A DNA stretch of 63,987 nt, counting the filler, from Vicugna vicugna (Eukaryota): NCBI GenBank assembly GCA_013265495.1. It is 83 parts of 78 records of this genome, joined end to end, with 100 filler letters (N's around TTAATTAATTAA, not from the genome) between each part and the next. Parts side by side here need not be neighbours in the genome. Positions count along the whole stretch, not along the records: positions 36,172 to 36,908 come from MU058891.1; positions 37,009 to 37,216 come from MU058892.1; positions 37,317 to 37,480 come from MU058892.1; positions 37,581 to 38,066 come from MU058894.1; positions 38,167 to 39,547 come from MU058895.1; positions 39,648 to 40,402 come from PNXW01006705.1; positions 40,503 to 40,950 come from MU058898.1; positions 41,051 to 41,391 come from PNXW01006710.1; 75 more parts are not named here. One strand, written 5' to 3'. Numbering within the stretch: position 1 is the first letter of the stretch; the number at the start of each line of letters is the position of its first letter. The position numbers and the translations under genes are program-made. This document shows, piece by piece, positions 36,386-49,503 of the stretch. Below the pieces are notes generated by a model. That model saw only the letters and a list, made by a program, of their open reading frames with translations, did not search any database and was not told where the DNA came from.

Positions 36386-37008
36386 GNNNNNNNNNNNNNN
36401 NNNNNNNNNNNNNNNNNNNNNNNNNNNNNNNNNNNNNNNNNNNNNNNNNNNNNNNNNNNNNNNNNNNNNNNNNNNNNNNNNNNNNNNNNNNNNNNNNNNN
36501 NNNNNNNNNNNNNNNNNNNNNNNNNNNNNNNNNNTGGGGCTGTTACTAAAATGGGGAGCCTGGGAGGTACCTGCCAGGAATCAAAGTCTAGAGTAAATGG
36601 TGGACATAAGGCTTATTTTTTTTTTGACATAAGGCATTTTTAAGATGCCATTTGTCTTTCAAGTTAGGACTTCCAAGAGTGACTCGTGTCTATGAGCCTG
36701 GGGCTCAGGTGAAGTAGGCGGACTAGAGATACACGTTGGGATTCGTCATTCTTAGCTTGTGTTCACAGCCGTGCAACGGATGAGTTCATCTCAAGAGGTG
36801 CAGACTGTGGCTGAGGCGTGGCAGGGCTGTGCCTGCTTTGGAGGAAAGCCCAGACCATGCAGGTTTTCTGTGTCAGTCAGCAGCATTTGCGATTTTCAGA
36901 GCAATGGCNNNNNNNNNNNNNNNNNNNNNNNNNNNNNNNNNNNNNNNNNNNNTTAATTAATTAANNNNNNNNNNNNNNNNNNNNNNNNNNNNNNNNNNNN
37001 NNNNNNNN

Positions 37009-37480
37009 GGGGAAGTCCGGGAAATACCTTCCCTGACCTTGTGGAGACAGCCTAGGTCACTGGGATACCCTGCAATCACCCCCAGAATTCCCTGGCACAG
37101 AAACATTAGTAAAACCCTCAGGGGAGACGAGCTTAGGCATTCCGTTAGAACCCACGCGCTGCCGACCGTTGGTGGAACCTCCCCACGCTCAGGATTCCGG
37201 AACCATTGTCAGTGGGNNNNNNNNNNNNNNNNNNNNNNNNNNNNNNNNNNNNNNNNNNNNTTAATTAATTAANNNNNNNNNNNNNNNNNNNNNNNNNNNN
37301 NNNNNNNNNNNNNNNNTTCCCTGACCTTGGGGAGGCAGCCTCGGTCCCTGGGATATCATGCAATCACCCCTAGCATTCCCTGGCACAGAGAAATTAGGAA
37401 AACCCTCAGGAGAGGCGAACTTAGGCATTTCGTTTGAACCCATGCGCTGCCGACAGTTGGTGGAACCTCCCCAAGCTCAG
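37009..37480 (+). repeat. 267-bp satellite fragments (37009-37216, 37317-37480)
   Basis: Monomer match. Confidence 0.96.
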
Positions 37481-37684
37481 NNNNNNNNNNNNNNNNNNNN
37501 NNNNNNNNNNNNNNNNNNNNNNNNTTAATTAATTAANNNNNNNNNNNNNNNNNNNNNNNNNNNNNNNNNNNNNNNNNNNNACAGATGAGGGAAAGATTTC
37601 TTAAACAAATGATGCTGACACAATTTGTTACAGATTAGAAAAAGAAGTAAAGATCGATAATTACTTCCTTAAAAAAGAATTAGA

Positions 37685-38066
37685 TAATGAAACTTACAAG
37701 CTTCTGCAGAGCAAAGGAAACAAGAAATAAAACAAGAAGAAAACCTACGGAATGGGAGAAAATTTTTGCAAGTGAAACNNNNNNNNNNNNNNNNNNNNNN
37801 NNNNNNNNNNNNNNNNNNNNNNNNNNNNNNNNNNNNNNNNNNNNNNNNTCAAAAATCCAAACAAATGCTGAAGAGGCTGTGGAGAAAGGGGAACCCTCCT
37901 ACACTGTTGGTGGGAATGAAGTTTGGTGCAGCCACTATGGAAAACAGTGTGGAGATTCCTCAAAAGACTAGACTAGGCTTACCATGTGACCCAGGAATCC
38001 TGCTCCTGGGCATATATCCGGAAGGAACCCTACTTCAGGATGACACCCACACCCCAATGTTCATAG
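37685..38066 (+). mobile_element. LINE-1 ORF2 C-terminal fragment
   Basis: [30 protein letters not shown] is near-identical to 32620-32710. It is followed by the Cys-rich C-terminal region ([14 protein letters not shown]) and TPMFI. Confidence 0.94.
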
Positions 38067-38166
38067 NNNNNNNNNNNNNNNNNNNNNNNNNNNNNNNNNN
38101 NNNNNNNNNNTTAATTAATTAANNNNNNNNNNNNNNNNNNNNNNNNNNNNNNNNNNNNNNNNNNNN

Positions 38167-39547
38167 TATATGCACTATTCTCTATTCTATATTCTAAATA
38201 CTGTGTTCTGCTTTCCATATTCTAAATTCTGATTTCTGTATTCTTTTTTCCATATTCTATAATCTGTTTTCTACATTCTATATTCTGTATTTTATATTCT
38301 TCATTTCGTATTGTATATTCTATATTCTGTGTTCTNNNNNNNNNNNNNNNNNNNNNNNNNNNNNNNNNNNNNNNNNNNNNNNNNNNNNNNNNNNNNNNNN
38401 NNNNNNNNNNNNNNNNNNNNNNNNNNNNNNNNNNNNNNNNNNNNNNNNNNNNNNNNNNNNNNNNNNNNNNNNNNNNNNNNNNNNNNNNNNNNNNNNNNNN
38501 NNNNNNNNNNNNNNNNNNNNNNNNNNNNNNNNNNNNNNNNNNNNNNNNNNNNNNNNNNNNNNNNNNNNNNNNNNNNNNNNNNNNNNNNNNNNNNNNNNNN
38601 NNNNNNNNNNNNNNNNNNNNNNNNNNNNNNNNNNNNNNNNNNNNNNNNNNNNNNNNNNNNNNNNNNNNNNNNNNNNNNNNNNNNNNNNNNNNNNNNNNNN
38701 NNNNNNNNNNNNNNNNNNNNNNNNNNNNNNNNNNNNNNNNNNNNNNNNNNNNNNNNNNNNNNNNNNNNNNNNNNNNNNNNNNNNNNNNNNNNNNNNNNNN
38801 NNNNNNNNNNNNNNNNNNNNNNNNNNNNNNNNNNNNNNNNNNNNNNNNNNNNNNNNNNNNNNNNNNNNNNNNNNNNNNNNNNNNNNNNNNNNNNNNNNNN
38901 NNNNNNNNNNNNNNNNNNNNNNNNNNNNNNNNNNNNNNNNNNNNNNNNNNNNNNNNNNNNNNNNNNNNNNNNNNNNNNNNNNNNNNNNNNNNNNNNNNNN
39001 NNNNNNNNNNNNNNNNNNNNNNNNNNNNNNNNNNNNNNNNNNNNNNNNNNNNNNNNNNNNNNNNNNNNNNNNNNNNNNNNNNNNNNNNNNNNNNNNNNNN
39101 NNNNNNNNNNNNNNNNNNNNNNNNNNNNNNNNNNNNNNNNNNNNNNNNNNNNNNNNNNNNNNNNNNNNNNNNNNNNNNNNNNNNNNNNNNNNNNNNNNNN
39201 NNNNNNNNNNNNNNNNNNNNNNNNNNNNNNNNNNNNNNNNNNNNNNNNNNNNNNNNNNNNNNNNNNNNNNNATTATATATTCCAAATTCTGTGTTCTGCA
39301 TTCCATGTTCTAAATTCTGGGTTTTATAATCTATAATCTATATTCTATATTCTGTGTTCTAAATTCTATATTCTTAATACTATATTCAACATTCTGTTTT
39401 TTATATTATACATTCTGTATTCTACATTCTATATTCTAAACTCTATATTCAGTATTCTTTATTATATATTCTAAATTCTGTGTACTACATTCTATATTGT
39501 CTATTGTATATTCAGTATTTTGTATTCTATATTCTAAATTCTATGTT
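38167..39547 (+). repeat. TTCTATA-heptamer satellite (large internal gap)
   Basis: 7-bp periodicity on both sides of the gap. Confidence 0.93.
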
Positions 39548-40502
39548 NNNNNNNNNNNNNNNNNNNNNNNNNNNNNNNNNNNNNNNNNNNNTTAATTAAT
39601 TAANNNNNNNNNNNNNNNNNNNNNNNNNNNNNNNNNNNNNNNNNNNNTGTTTTCCTTACAGCTGACAAAATGTTACCGAAATTGACAATTCTTGTTTCTT
39701 GGTCCATTTAGTACGTTTCAAAACTAACTTCATTTTCGTATAACTCCCAAATCACGTAAATCAATTCTATTAAACTTTTTAAAGACTGCAAATGAGATAT
39801 CAACACAATGTCAAAACTGTAGTGTTCGGAGATTCCCTCCCACTACGGCTGTATAGAAACAAAGAGCTAAACAAAAATCACATTTCTGTGAAGTGTATCT
39901 GGAAAGTTTTGATTCACCGATGCCCAGTTGGCAGAGAAGTAGTGCAACTTGCGCTTACACGTTCCCATGTACAAAGCAATGGAAACATCCACTCACAAAG
40001 CCCTTGGCACAGGACACTTGCCGAAGAGAGGTCTGCTTCTTCCAAGGACAGGATGAGGCCTCAGAACCCCTGGAAACAGGAGAAGGCAAAGCAGGGAATG
40101 GAAACCAGTGCAGGGTCTGACCCCTGGTGATGGAGCAGCAAAGGTGAAACTCTCTTTAACATGGACGCACACTCTCAATCGGACAGGAGACATGGGATTG
40201 AAGGTGATGCGCTGAGTGTTAGAAGAGTGCACAGCAGATGCTTGGCTGACAGAACTCCAAAACCAGCGCAAAATATCCCCACAGTTGATTCTGAGACCAA
40301 GATCTGTGCTGCCAAATTTGAGGTAGAAGAGGCAGCAGTCAGTGTGGGATAGAGCTTCGGATGATGGCACACGATGAGTCTCAGGGATCTGGAGTGCGTT
40401 GTNNNNNNNNNNNNNNNNNNNNNNNNNNNNNNNNNNNNNNNNNNNNTTAATTAATTAANNNNNNNNNNNNNNNNNNNNNNNNNNNNNNNNNNNNNNNNNN
40501 NN

Positions 40503-41391
40503 ACAGGTGTTCCCTGTTCGGGGAAGTCCGAGACATAATTTCCATGAACTTGGGGAGGTATCATCTGTCACTGGGATAACCTGCAAACCCCCCTAGCATT
40601 CCCTGGCACAGAGACATTAGGAAAACCCTCAGGGGAGACGAGCTTAGGCATTCCGTTAGAACCCACGCGATGCCGACCGTTGGTNNNNNNNNNNNNNNNN
40701 NNNNNNNNNNNNNNNNNNNNNNNNNNNNNNNNNNNNNNNNNNNNNNNNNNNNNNNNNNNNNNNNNNNNNNNNNNNNNCACTCACAGGCCTGTACGGGGAA
40801 GTCCGGGAAATAACTTCCCTGACCTTGGGGAGGCAGCCTCGGTCACTGGGATAACCTGCAATCACCACTAGCATTCCTTGGCACGGAGACATTAGGAAAA
40901 CACTGAGGGGAGACGAGCTTAGGCATTATATTAGAACCCACGCGCTGCCGNNNNNNNNNNNNNNNNNNNNNNNNNNNNNNNNNNNNNNNNNNNNTTAATT
41001 AATTAANNNNNNNNNNNNNNNNNNNNNNNNNNNNNNNNNNNNNNNNNNNNAGCTCTCGTCAGTCACAGGTGTTCCTTGTTCGGGGAAGTCCGAGACAAAC
41101 CTTCCCTGAACCTTGGGAGGCAGCCTCGGTCACTGGGATATCCTGCAATCACCCCTAGCTTTCCCTGGCACAGAGAGATTAGAAAAACTCTCAGGGGAGA
41201 CGAGCTTAGGCATTCCGTTAGAACCCAGGCGCTGCCGACCGTTGGTGGAACCTCCCCACGCTCAGGATTCCGGAACAATTGTCCGTGCGTGTGGGAGCTC
41301 GAGAGACAACTCCAAGCAGCTCTCTTCATTCACAGGAGTTCCCTGTTCGGGGAAGTCCGGGAAATACCTCCCCTGAACTTGGGGAGGCAGC
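40503..41391 (+). repeat. 267-bp satellite (40503-40950, 41051-41391)
   Basis: Monomer match. Confidence 0.97.
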
Positions 41392-41544
41392 NNNNNNNNN
41401 NNNNNNNNNNNNNNNNNNNNNNNNNNNNNNNNNNNTTAATTAATTAANNNNNNNNNNNNNNNNNNNNNNNNNNNNNNNNNNNNNNNNNNNNAAAAGTTAA
41501 GAATCCTTAAATGCTTACTATTGCTTCAGCACACATTTATTTTT

Positions 41545-41670
41545 CAAAATCCTCACAATCACAATGTGGGGAAGGTAATATTATATCTCTTTTACAGATG
41601 AGGAAATAGAGCCAAGTGGAAATGATGCAATTTGCCCCAAATGAAGCAACTTTTATGTGAAAGTACTGAA
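41545..41670 (-). mobile_element. MIR SINE remnant
   Basis: MIR core-like TTTTACAGATGAGGAAATAGAG...ATTTGCCCCAA. Confidence 0.7.
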
Positions 41671-43253
41671 ATACTCAAAGAGCCCAAAGACACACTAACT
41701 GTATAGCACTGTCTCCTACATGGTCTGTAAAATCAATTCTAATTCATTTCAGAACTTTTACAAACTTGAAACATTTCCATTTTTCTTCCAAGCACTTAAT
41801 GGGTTCAATATTTCTTAAGAAACAGGAAAGCTTTCCATTCTCCTTCCTTAAGTTTCTTATTTATCATCTTTTCTGATCATAAATTTAACATTTGCTCATT
41901 AAAGAAAATTTGAAAGTACTCAGTAATGGACAGAACTTCTGTCCTGTATCTGTCCCCAGTCTTAGAAGAGGACCCAGAACTTGCTTTAGGATAAGTAACC
42001 TCCCTTTCGTTTTTAGTCCTGTGATTTAACCTCGATTGACCCACTCTTTCTGAAGCACCAGAAGTAGATCTCAGTTGCTTTAAGACAAATAATGTCCCTC
42101 ATTGTATTGGCCTCACACATGATTGGAGAATTGGCAAATAACCCAGGAAGAGCCACTATTATGTGAGGAGATACGTGCTGGTGCCCATGTGAATCATAAG
42201 CTTCCGCTATCAAGAGAAGAACGGGCCAAAAGGGACCTGTCTTGGTTTGGATGAATGATCTGGGATGCTGCGTGCTTAGAAGCATCATGCTGAGACATCT
42301 TTGGACACAGAATGAAGACAGGACAAAAGCAGCCCTTGACATCATCTGGGCTAGAGTATCTCTCCTTGACTCAAGCCAGACCTCAGACCGGAGGTTTTCA
42401 TTTACAGGAACCAATAAATCCCATGCATCCCCATNNNNNNNNNNNNNNNNNNNNNNNNNNNNNNNNNNNNNNNNNNNNTTAATTAATTAANNNNNNNNNN
42501 NNNNNNNNNNNNNNNNNNNNNNNNNNNNNNNNNNATGTTACAATTCAGTGTCAGTTTGCTTTAGAAGAAAAGAGAAAAGGAAAGCTACTGTTTCTCATAT
42601 CCTTCATTAAGTGTGAAGTGCCTCCCTGCCTTTCTCCTCCCATTTTCTAAGCTCACGCTCCCCAGCCCTTCTGAAACATGTATGAGAATGACTTATTCCC
42701 ACCAATATGCCAAATGACAAAAGAATATCAATTTATTTGTGTAAATATATGCCTACATCTTAAAGTAGAGGAGAAATATATCAGAAGTCTATATGGAACT
42801 TCTTTCTACCTTCCTGAAATCACACACACAAAACGTTCACACAGAAACAGACATATTCCCCCTGGATTACTGGGCACTTCACAAGCTTAGGACCTAAAAC
42901 TTTTACAAGATAACTTTGTAGTTAGTCTAAAATACAAAACTGTCAGCTTTTGAAAGCCTATATCATCTGCTAAACCATCCAAATATCAAAGAGACCCAAT
43001 TAGCCTTCTCTGTAGAATATAATTTCCCATGATGGCAAAACAGACCATAAGAATTACTGGATCCAAGTCTCGTGTTTATCACTAGCTATGATCGTTCTTA
43101 AGCACATTAACAGATTCAGAATTGTATGTCCCAACAAAATTTTTTCTTATTGAAATAGTATACATGTTCAATTGTCTATACAGAGACTAGGTCCCATGAT
43201 GGTGTTTAAGAGCTATTTTGTTTATTGCAATATTTATTTTTAAGTGCAGAGAA

Positions 43254-43327
43254 GGAGGGCAGGTGTTGCTCAGTTGAAGACTACCTGCTTAGCATGCACA
43301 ATGTCCTGGCTTCAGTCCCCAGTACCT
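43254..43327 (+). mobile_element. Diverged Vic-1-type SINE
   Basis: GCTCAGTTG...TGCTTAGCATGCACAATGTCCTGGCTTCAGTCCCCAGTACCT. Confidence 0.8.
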
Positions 43328-43427
43328 NNNNNNNNNNNNNNNNNNNNNNNNNNNNNNNNNNNNNNNNNNNNTTAATTAATTAANNNNNNNNNNNNNNNNN
43401 NNNNNNNNNNNNNNNNNNNNNNNNNNN

Positions 43428-43929
43428 ACTGACAATGGTTCCGGGATCCTGAGCGTGGGGTGGTTCCACCAAATATCGGCAGCGCATGGGTTATAACGGA
43501 ATGCGTAAGCTCGTCTCCCCTGAGGGTTTTCCTAATGTCTCTGTGCCAGGGAATGCTAGGGGGGTTTGCAGGATATCCCAGTAACAGAGACTGCCTCCCC
43601 AAGGTCAGGGAAGGTATTTCTCGGACTTCNNNNNNNNNNNNNNNNNNNNNNNNNNNNNNNNNNNNNNNNNNNNNNNNNNNNNNNNNNNNNNNNAATTGTT
43701 CCAGAATCCTGAGCGAGGGGAGATTCCACCTACGGACGGCAGCGCGTGGATTCTAACGGAAAGCCTAAGCTCGTCTCCCCTGAGGGTTTTCCAAATTTCT
43801 CTGTCCCAGGGAATGCTAGGGGGGTTTGCATGATATCCCAGTGTCAGAGTTAGCTTCCCCATGGTCAGTGAAGGTATTTCTCGCACTTCCCGAACCGGGA
43901 ACACCTGTGACTGAAGAGAGCTGCGTGGA
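43428..43929 (-). repeat. 267-bp satellite
   Basis: Monomer match. Confidence 0.97.
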
Positions 43930-44712
43930 NNNNNNNNNNNNNNNNNNNNNNNNNNNNNNNNNNNNNNNNNNNNTTAATTAATTAANNNNNNNNNNNNNNN
44001 NNNNNNNNNNNNNNNNNNNNNNNNNNNNNGGAGATACCCCGACCCTGGCTCCTGAAGCACCCCTCCCCTCCCTTTCTACTTCGGTCCCGCAGAGCGCCCC
44101 TCATTCAATCCTGCCTTGGCCTACCTGTGCCCCACATAGACCCCGATGCTTCCCTCCCCATTGCCTGACCTCGAGCCTCGCTGCCTGCCTTTGACCATCC
44201 CCAGCATCCCCATCCTCCCTTGACCTACCTGCACCTGGGGTTCCATCCTGCTTCCCTGCTGGGGACTGGCCTTCTTGGATATGTGCATCTCCTGGCAGGC
44301 TCTGGAGCCCTGAAGTACCTGAAATAACCATAAGTTAAGGAAAAGAATAAAGTTCAATGATAAAGAAAATTTCTATAATTTTATTCATTGANNNNNNNNN
44401 NNNNNNNNNNNNNNNNNNNNNNNNNNNNNNNNNNNNNNNNNNNNNNNNNNNNNNNNNNNNNNNNNNNNNNNNNNNNNNNNNNNNNNNNNNNNNNNNNNNN
44501 NNNNNNNNNNNNNNNNNNNNNNNNNNNNNNNNNNNNNNNNNNNNNNNNNNNNNNNNNNNNNNNNNNNNNNNNNNNNNNNNNNNNNNNNNNNNNNNNNNNN
44601 NNNNNNNNNNNNNNNNNNNNNNNNNNNNNNNNNNNNNNNNNNNNNNNNNNNNNNNNNNNNNNNNNNNNNNNNNNNNNNNNNNNNNNNNNNNNNNNNNNNN
44701 NNNNNNNNNNNN

Positions 44713-45153
44713 GCCGGGCGAGGGCTCCAGGGAAAGCATGAGGGGCGGGTTCCCCTCCCGATCACAAAAGATCTCCCAAAACGGCAGCGGCGTGGCCACC
44801 CTGCCGCTGCCTCACGCGGCCCACGAACCATTCAAACTGCCCGCGCCGAGGTACCCGGCGCTCCCGATTGGCTGAGCCGGACCAGCGCCCCTGGGCGGGG
44901 CCGGCCACACGCAGCGGCCGCGTGTCCCGCCCCCACGCGGCGGCCGCAGGTCCCGCCCCGCTGGTGAGCATGCGCGCAGTCCCCACAGGAAAGAGTCTGC
45001 GCACACCGCCGCCCGACCTCCGTCTCGCGCCGCGGCTCCGTCTCCTGTCCGCGAAGGCTTGTCGGCTCAGCGAGACAGCAAGAGCTGCGGCCGGCAAGGG
45101 GCTGTGCAGATCCAAGGCGGCTGCGGTGGCGCCGGCCTGTGGAAAATGCAAAC
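44713..45153. promoter_or_regulatory. CpG-island promoter fragment of an unidentified gene
   Basis: Very high GC and CpG density. Inverted CCAAT (ATTGG 44867-44871), GC boxes at 44893-44900, 44926-44933 and 44952-44959, and an NRF1-like GCATGCGCGCA at 44968-44978. Confidence 0.75.
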
Positions 45154-45434
45154 NNNNNNNNNNNNNNNNNNNNNNNNNNNNNNNNNNNNNNNNNNNNTTA
45201 ATTAATTAANNNNNNNNNNNNNNNNNNNNNNNNNNNNNNNNNNNNNNNNNNNNTCCCTTCTGGCTCTGGTTTCACACATAGAATAGCTATGCCTATCATG
45301 AGATTATACACATAGTTACTAAAAATATTCATTTTGTACACCTCATCTTTAATCCACCTGGATTTCCCTTTCAAATAACCAAAACGCTACTTCAAGTAAA
45401 AAAAAAAACCCACCAATCCCTTGTTAAAATATGA

Positions 45435-45715
45435 GAGCAGACACAAACAGCCACCTTTTGTATGATTTCATTGATAGGGAACATCCAGTGTAGGGAAAGA
45501 CACACAGAGAGAAAGAGGATTAGGGCATTAGGGTTTGTCAGGGGTTGGGGGAGGGAGAAAAGAGAATGTGTGCTTTGGATACAGGGTTTTATTTTGAGGA
45601 AAGAAACAGTGTGAAACTAGACAGTGATGATGGTTACACAGCATTGTGTATGCACTTAATGCTCCTGAATTGCACAATTTAAAATGGAAAAACATCTAAA
45701 TTTTATTATGGTAAA
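45435..45715 (+). mobile_element. Old L1 (L1M-type) 3' UTR
   Basis: TTGTATGATTTCATT...TACAGGGTTTTATTTTG...AAACTAGACAGTGATGATGGTTACACAGCATTGTG, typical of L1MB-like 3' ends. Confidence 0.8.
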
Positions 45716-46289
45716 CTTAAAACATAAAAATAGATGATACTCTAAATGACATGAAAGAAAACAAGGAAATGACAGAAAAAACAAACAAAAATGATGCCAC
45801 GATAAGGGAAGTAAAATTCGGGTCTGGGAGTGGGTTGATTCTTAGAATTAGATGACAGTGTTGGTGGTTGAAGGGACATCTCAGCCCGTAGGGGTGGTGA
45901 TGCCTGAATTGGCTCTGGGTCTCATAGAAGTATGTGTGTAGGTGCAGGAGGAGCTACAAGATCAGGCTCAGGGTCTCCCTGCAGGACTGGTAATGTAACC
46001 TGACTCTAGGTCTCTTGTAGGGCTAGTCTTACAGTCTGCAAAGCTGGTGGGATGTGACACGGTTCTGTGTGTTTTGCAGGTGCAGGCTCGGATTCCCCTG
46101 CAGGGTTGATAGAATGGGACCCAGTCCTGGGTCTCGTGCAGGAGCCAGCTCAGGATCTCATGCAAGACCAGGCTCAGGGTANNNNNNNNNNNNNNNNNNN
46201 NNNNNNNNNNNNNNNNNNNNNNNNNTTAATTAATTAANNNNNNNNNNNNNNNNNNNNNNNNNNNNNNNNNNNNNNNNNNNNCAGATTCC

Positions 46290-46690
46290 GGTTAAAATCG
46301 CCATTTCCTCACCATAGGGCCTTGGAGTAGAATGTAAACTCTTAACCTATTGGAGAATCTGTGAAACGGGCATGATAATATTCGTTTCTTCCTGGGAATG
46401 TTGTAAGTTCTAAAGAGTATTATAGCACACATGAAGCACTTAACACACTGGCACTTAGCAGTGTTNNNNNNNNNNNNNNNNNNNNNNNNNNNNNNNNNNN
46501 NNNNAGTAAAGGCAGCATATGTCGGTTGAGGATGCACTGGTAGCCCTTTGAATAGGTTGTGAATTTGGTGATTTCCTTTAATCTTTGTAACTCTGTGTGC
46601 CATGGGCAGTTATTTTCATGGACAGATGAGGAATCTCAAGGTAAAGAAGACTGGGTAATTTCCCAAAGTCAGACCAGAATTTTGGATGCA
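46290..46690. mobile_element. MIR remnants
   Basis: TGAAGCACTTAACACACTGGCAC and TTTTCATGGACAGATGAGGAATCTCAAGG...TTTCCCAAAGTCA resemble MIR tail and core. Confidence 0.6.
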
Positions 46691-46905
46691 GATGTCTCGA
46701 TTCAGCATGGGACCCTGGGCCTTCTGCCCTCTCCGCTCAGCACCAGAGCTAGATGTGTGGTCGGCTGTTTCCCAGCCCAGAATATCCGACAGGCCACAAG
46801 ACACANNNNNNNNNNNNNNNNNNNNNNNNNNNNNNNNNNNNNNNNNNNNTTAATTAATTAANNNNNNNNNNNNNNNNNNNNNNNNNNNNNNNNNNNNNNN
46901 NNNNN

Positions 46906-47698
46906 CACCCCTAGCATTCCCTGGCACAGAGACATTAATAAAACACTCAGAGGAGGCGAGCATAAGCATTCCGTTAGAACGCACGCGTTGCCGACCGTTG
47001 GTGGAACCTCCCCAAGCTCAGGATTCCGGAACCATTGTCAGTGCGTTGGGGATCATGAGAGACAAATCCACGAAGCTCTCTTCAGTCACAGGGGTTCCCT
47101 GTTCGGGGAAGTCCGAGAAATAACTTCCCTGACATTGGGGAGGCAGCCTCTGTCACTGGGATATACTGCAAACCCCCCTAGCATTCCCTGGCACAGAGAT
47201 ATTAGGAAAACAGCCTTCCGTTAGAACCCACGCGCTGCCGACCTTTCGTGGAACCTCCCCACGCTCAGGATTCCCGAACCAATGTCAGTGCGTGGGGGAG
47301 CTCGAGAGACAACTCCACGCAGCTCTCTTCAGTCACAGGTGTTCCCTGTCTGGCGAAGTCCGAGAAATAACTTCCCTGAATTTGAGGAGGCAGCCAGTGA
47401 CACTGGGATATCCTGCAATCACCCCTAGCATTCCCTGGCACAGAGACATTAGGAAAACACTCAGGGGAGCCGAGCTTAGGCATTCCGTTAGAACCCACGC
47501 GCTGACGACCGTTGGTGGAACCTCCCCACGCTCAGGATTCCCGAACCAATGTCAGTGCGTGGGGGAGCTCGAGAGAAAACTCCACGCAGCTGTCTTCAGT
47601 CACAGGTGTTCCCTTTTCGGGAAAGTTCCAGAAATACCTTCCCTGACCTTGGAGAGGCAGCCTCAGTCACTGGGCTATCCTGCAATCACCCCTAGCAT
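46906..47698 (+). repeat. 267-bp satellite, about 3 monomers, one with a 20-bp deletion
   Basis: AACCTCCCC at 47005 and 47252 is 247 bp apart. Confidence 0.97.
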
Positions 47699-47798
47699 NN
47701 NNNNNNNNNNNNNNNNNNNNNNNNNNNNNNNNNNNNNNNNNNTTAATTAATTAANNNNNNNNNNNNNNNNNNNNNNNNNNNNNNNNNNNNNNNNNNNN

Positions 47799-48256
47799 AA
47801 CTAGATTTGGTGGATACTTTCAGAGCATTACACCCCCAAAAAAAAGAATATAAATTCTTCTCAATTGCACATGGAACATTTTCCAGGATCGATCATGTAC
47901 TTGGACACAAAAGAAACCTCAACAAATTTAAGAAGATAGAAATTATCTCAAGCAGCTTTACTGACAACAATGCCATGAAACTGGAAATCAACAACAGACA
48001 ACAACAGAGAAACAAAGGAGAAAAGAAGAAAAGCATGGAGATTAAACAATATTTTATGGAAAAAACAATGGATCAATGAGGAAATCAAAGATGAAATTAA
48101 AAAATACCTTGAGACAAATGATAATGAAAGCACAACCACTCAAAACCTATGGGACACAGCAAAGGCAAGTGCTAAGAGGGAAGTTTATAGCGATACAGGC
48201 CATCCTCAAAGAGGAAGAACAATCTCAAATAAACAAGTTAACCCACCACCTGAATC
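47799..48256 (+). mobile_element. LINE-1 ORF2 endonuclease C-terminal half and linker, frameshifted
   Basis: DTFRALHP...FFSIAHGTFSRIDHVLGHK...IEIISSSFTDNNAMKLEIN. The conserved SDH motif reads TDN. Confidence 0.96.
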
Positions 48257-48356
48257 NNNNNNNNNNNNNNNNNNNNNNNNNNNNNNNNNNNNNNNNNNNN
48301 TTAATTAATTAANNNNNNNNNNNNNNNNNNNNNNNNNNNNNNNNNNNNNNNNNNNN

Positions 48357-48881
48357 GCTAGGGGTGATTGCAGGATTTCCCAGTGACAGAGGTTGCCTCC
48401 CGAAGGTCAAGGAAAGTATTTCTCGGACTTCCCCAACAGGGAACACCTGTGACTGAAGAGAGCTGCGTGGAGTTGTCTCTCGAGCTCCCCCACGCACTGA
48501 CAATGGTTCCGGAATCCTGAGCGTGGGGAGGTTCCACCAACGGTCGTCAGCNNNNNNNNNNNNNNNNNNNNNNNNNNNNNNNNNNNNNNNNNNNNTTAAT
48601 TAATTAANNNNNNNNNNNNNNNNNNNNNNNNNNNNNNNNNNNNNNNNNNNNTCAGCGCGTGGGTTTTAACGGAATGCCTAAGCTCGTCTCCCCTGACGTT
48701 TTCCTAATATCTCTGTGCCAGGGAATGCTAGGGGGGTTTGCAGGATATCCCAGTGACAGAGGCTGCCTCCCCAATGTCGGGGAAGGTATTTCTCGTACTT
48801 CCCCCAAAAGGGAACACGTGTGACTGAAGAGAGTTTCGTAGAGTTGTCTCTCGAGCTCCCCCACGCATTGACAATGTTTCC
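48357..48881 (-). repeat. 267-bp satellite fragments (48357-48551, 48652-48881)
   Basis: Monomer match. Confidence 0.96.
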
Positions 48882-48981
48882 NNNNNNNNNNNNNNNNNNN
48901 NNNNNNNNNNNNNNNNNNNNNNNNNTTAATTAATTAANNNNNNNNNNNNNNNNNNNNNNNNNNNNNNNNNNNNNNNNNNNN

Positions 48982-49403
48982 AATGATCTAATAGCTGTGC
49001 AAAGCTGACTAAATAATGCAGAGGAATGAATTAGTGACCTAGAATACAGGACAATAGAAAGCACCAATTCAGAAGACCTACAATATAAGCAAATAAAAAA
49101 TAATGAAAATAGCATAAGGGACCTATGGGATAATATAAAGCGTCCCAATCTTCGCATAATAGGTGTCCCAGGAGGTGAAGAAAGATCAAAGGGGATTGAA
49201 AAGGTTTTTGAAGAAATACATGACTGAAAACTTCCCAAACTTAAAGAAGGAATCAGATATCCAAGTACAGGAAGCTCAGAGGGTCCCAAACAGGAAGAAC
49301 CCAAATTGACCCACACCAAGACATATCATCATCAAGATGGCCACACTCAAGTATAAACAAATGATTCTAAAGTCAGGAAGAGAAAAGGAAAAACTAAGTT
49401 ACA
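48982..49403 (+). mobile_element. LINE-1 ORF1 fragment (coiled-coil end and RRM), disrupted
   Basis: Manual translation gives NENSIRDLWDNIKRPNLRIIGVP...ENFPNLKKESDIQVQEAQRVP...TPRHIIIKM, with stops and a frameshift. Confidence 0.95.
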
Positions 49404-49503
49404 NNNNNNNNNNNNNNNNNNNNNNNNNNNNNNNNNNNNNNNNNNNNTTAATTAATTAANNNNNNNNNNNNNNNNNNNNNNNNNNNNNNNNNNNNNNNNN
49501 NNN

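Noticed and set aside
38222..39336. Long ORFs of 300+ aa (also 31170-32118, 5264-6226, 24061-24910)
   Set aside because: They consist almost entirely of X from N gaps.
39993..40372. 125-aa minus-strand ORF
   Set aside because: No recognisable family and competing ORFs on both strands. It cannot be supported without a database search.
47799..49403. A single L1 element made of the ORF2 (47799) and ORF1 (48982) pieces, or L1 inserted in satellite
   Set aside because: The pieces are on different scaffolds separated by spacers and are in the wrong order.
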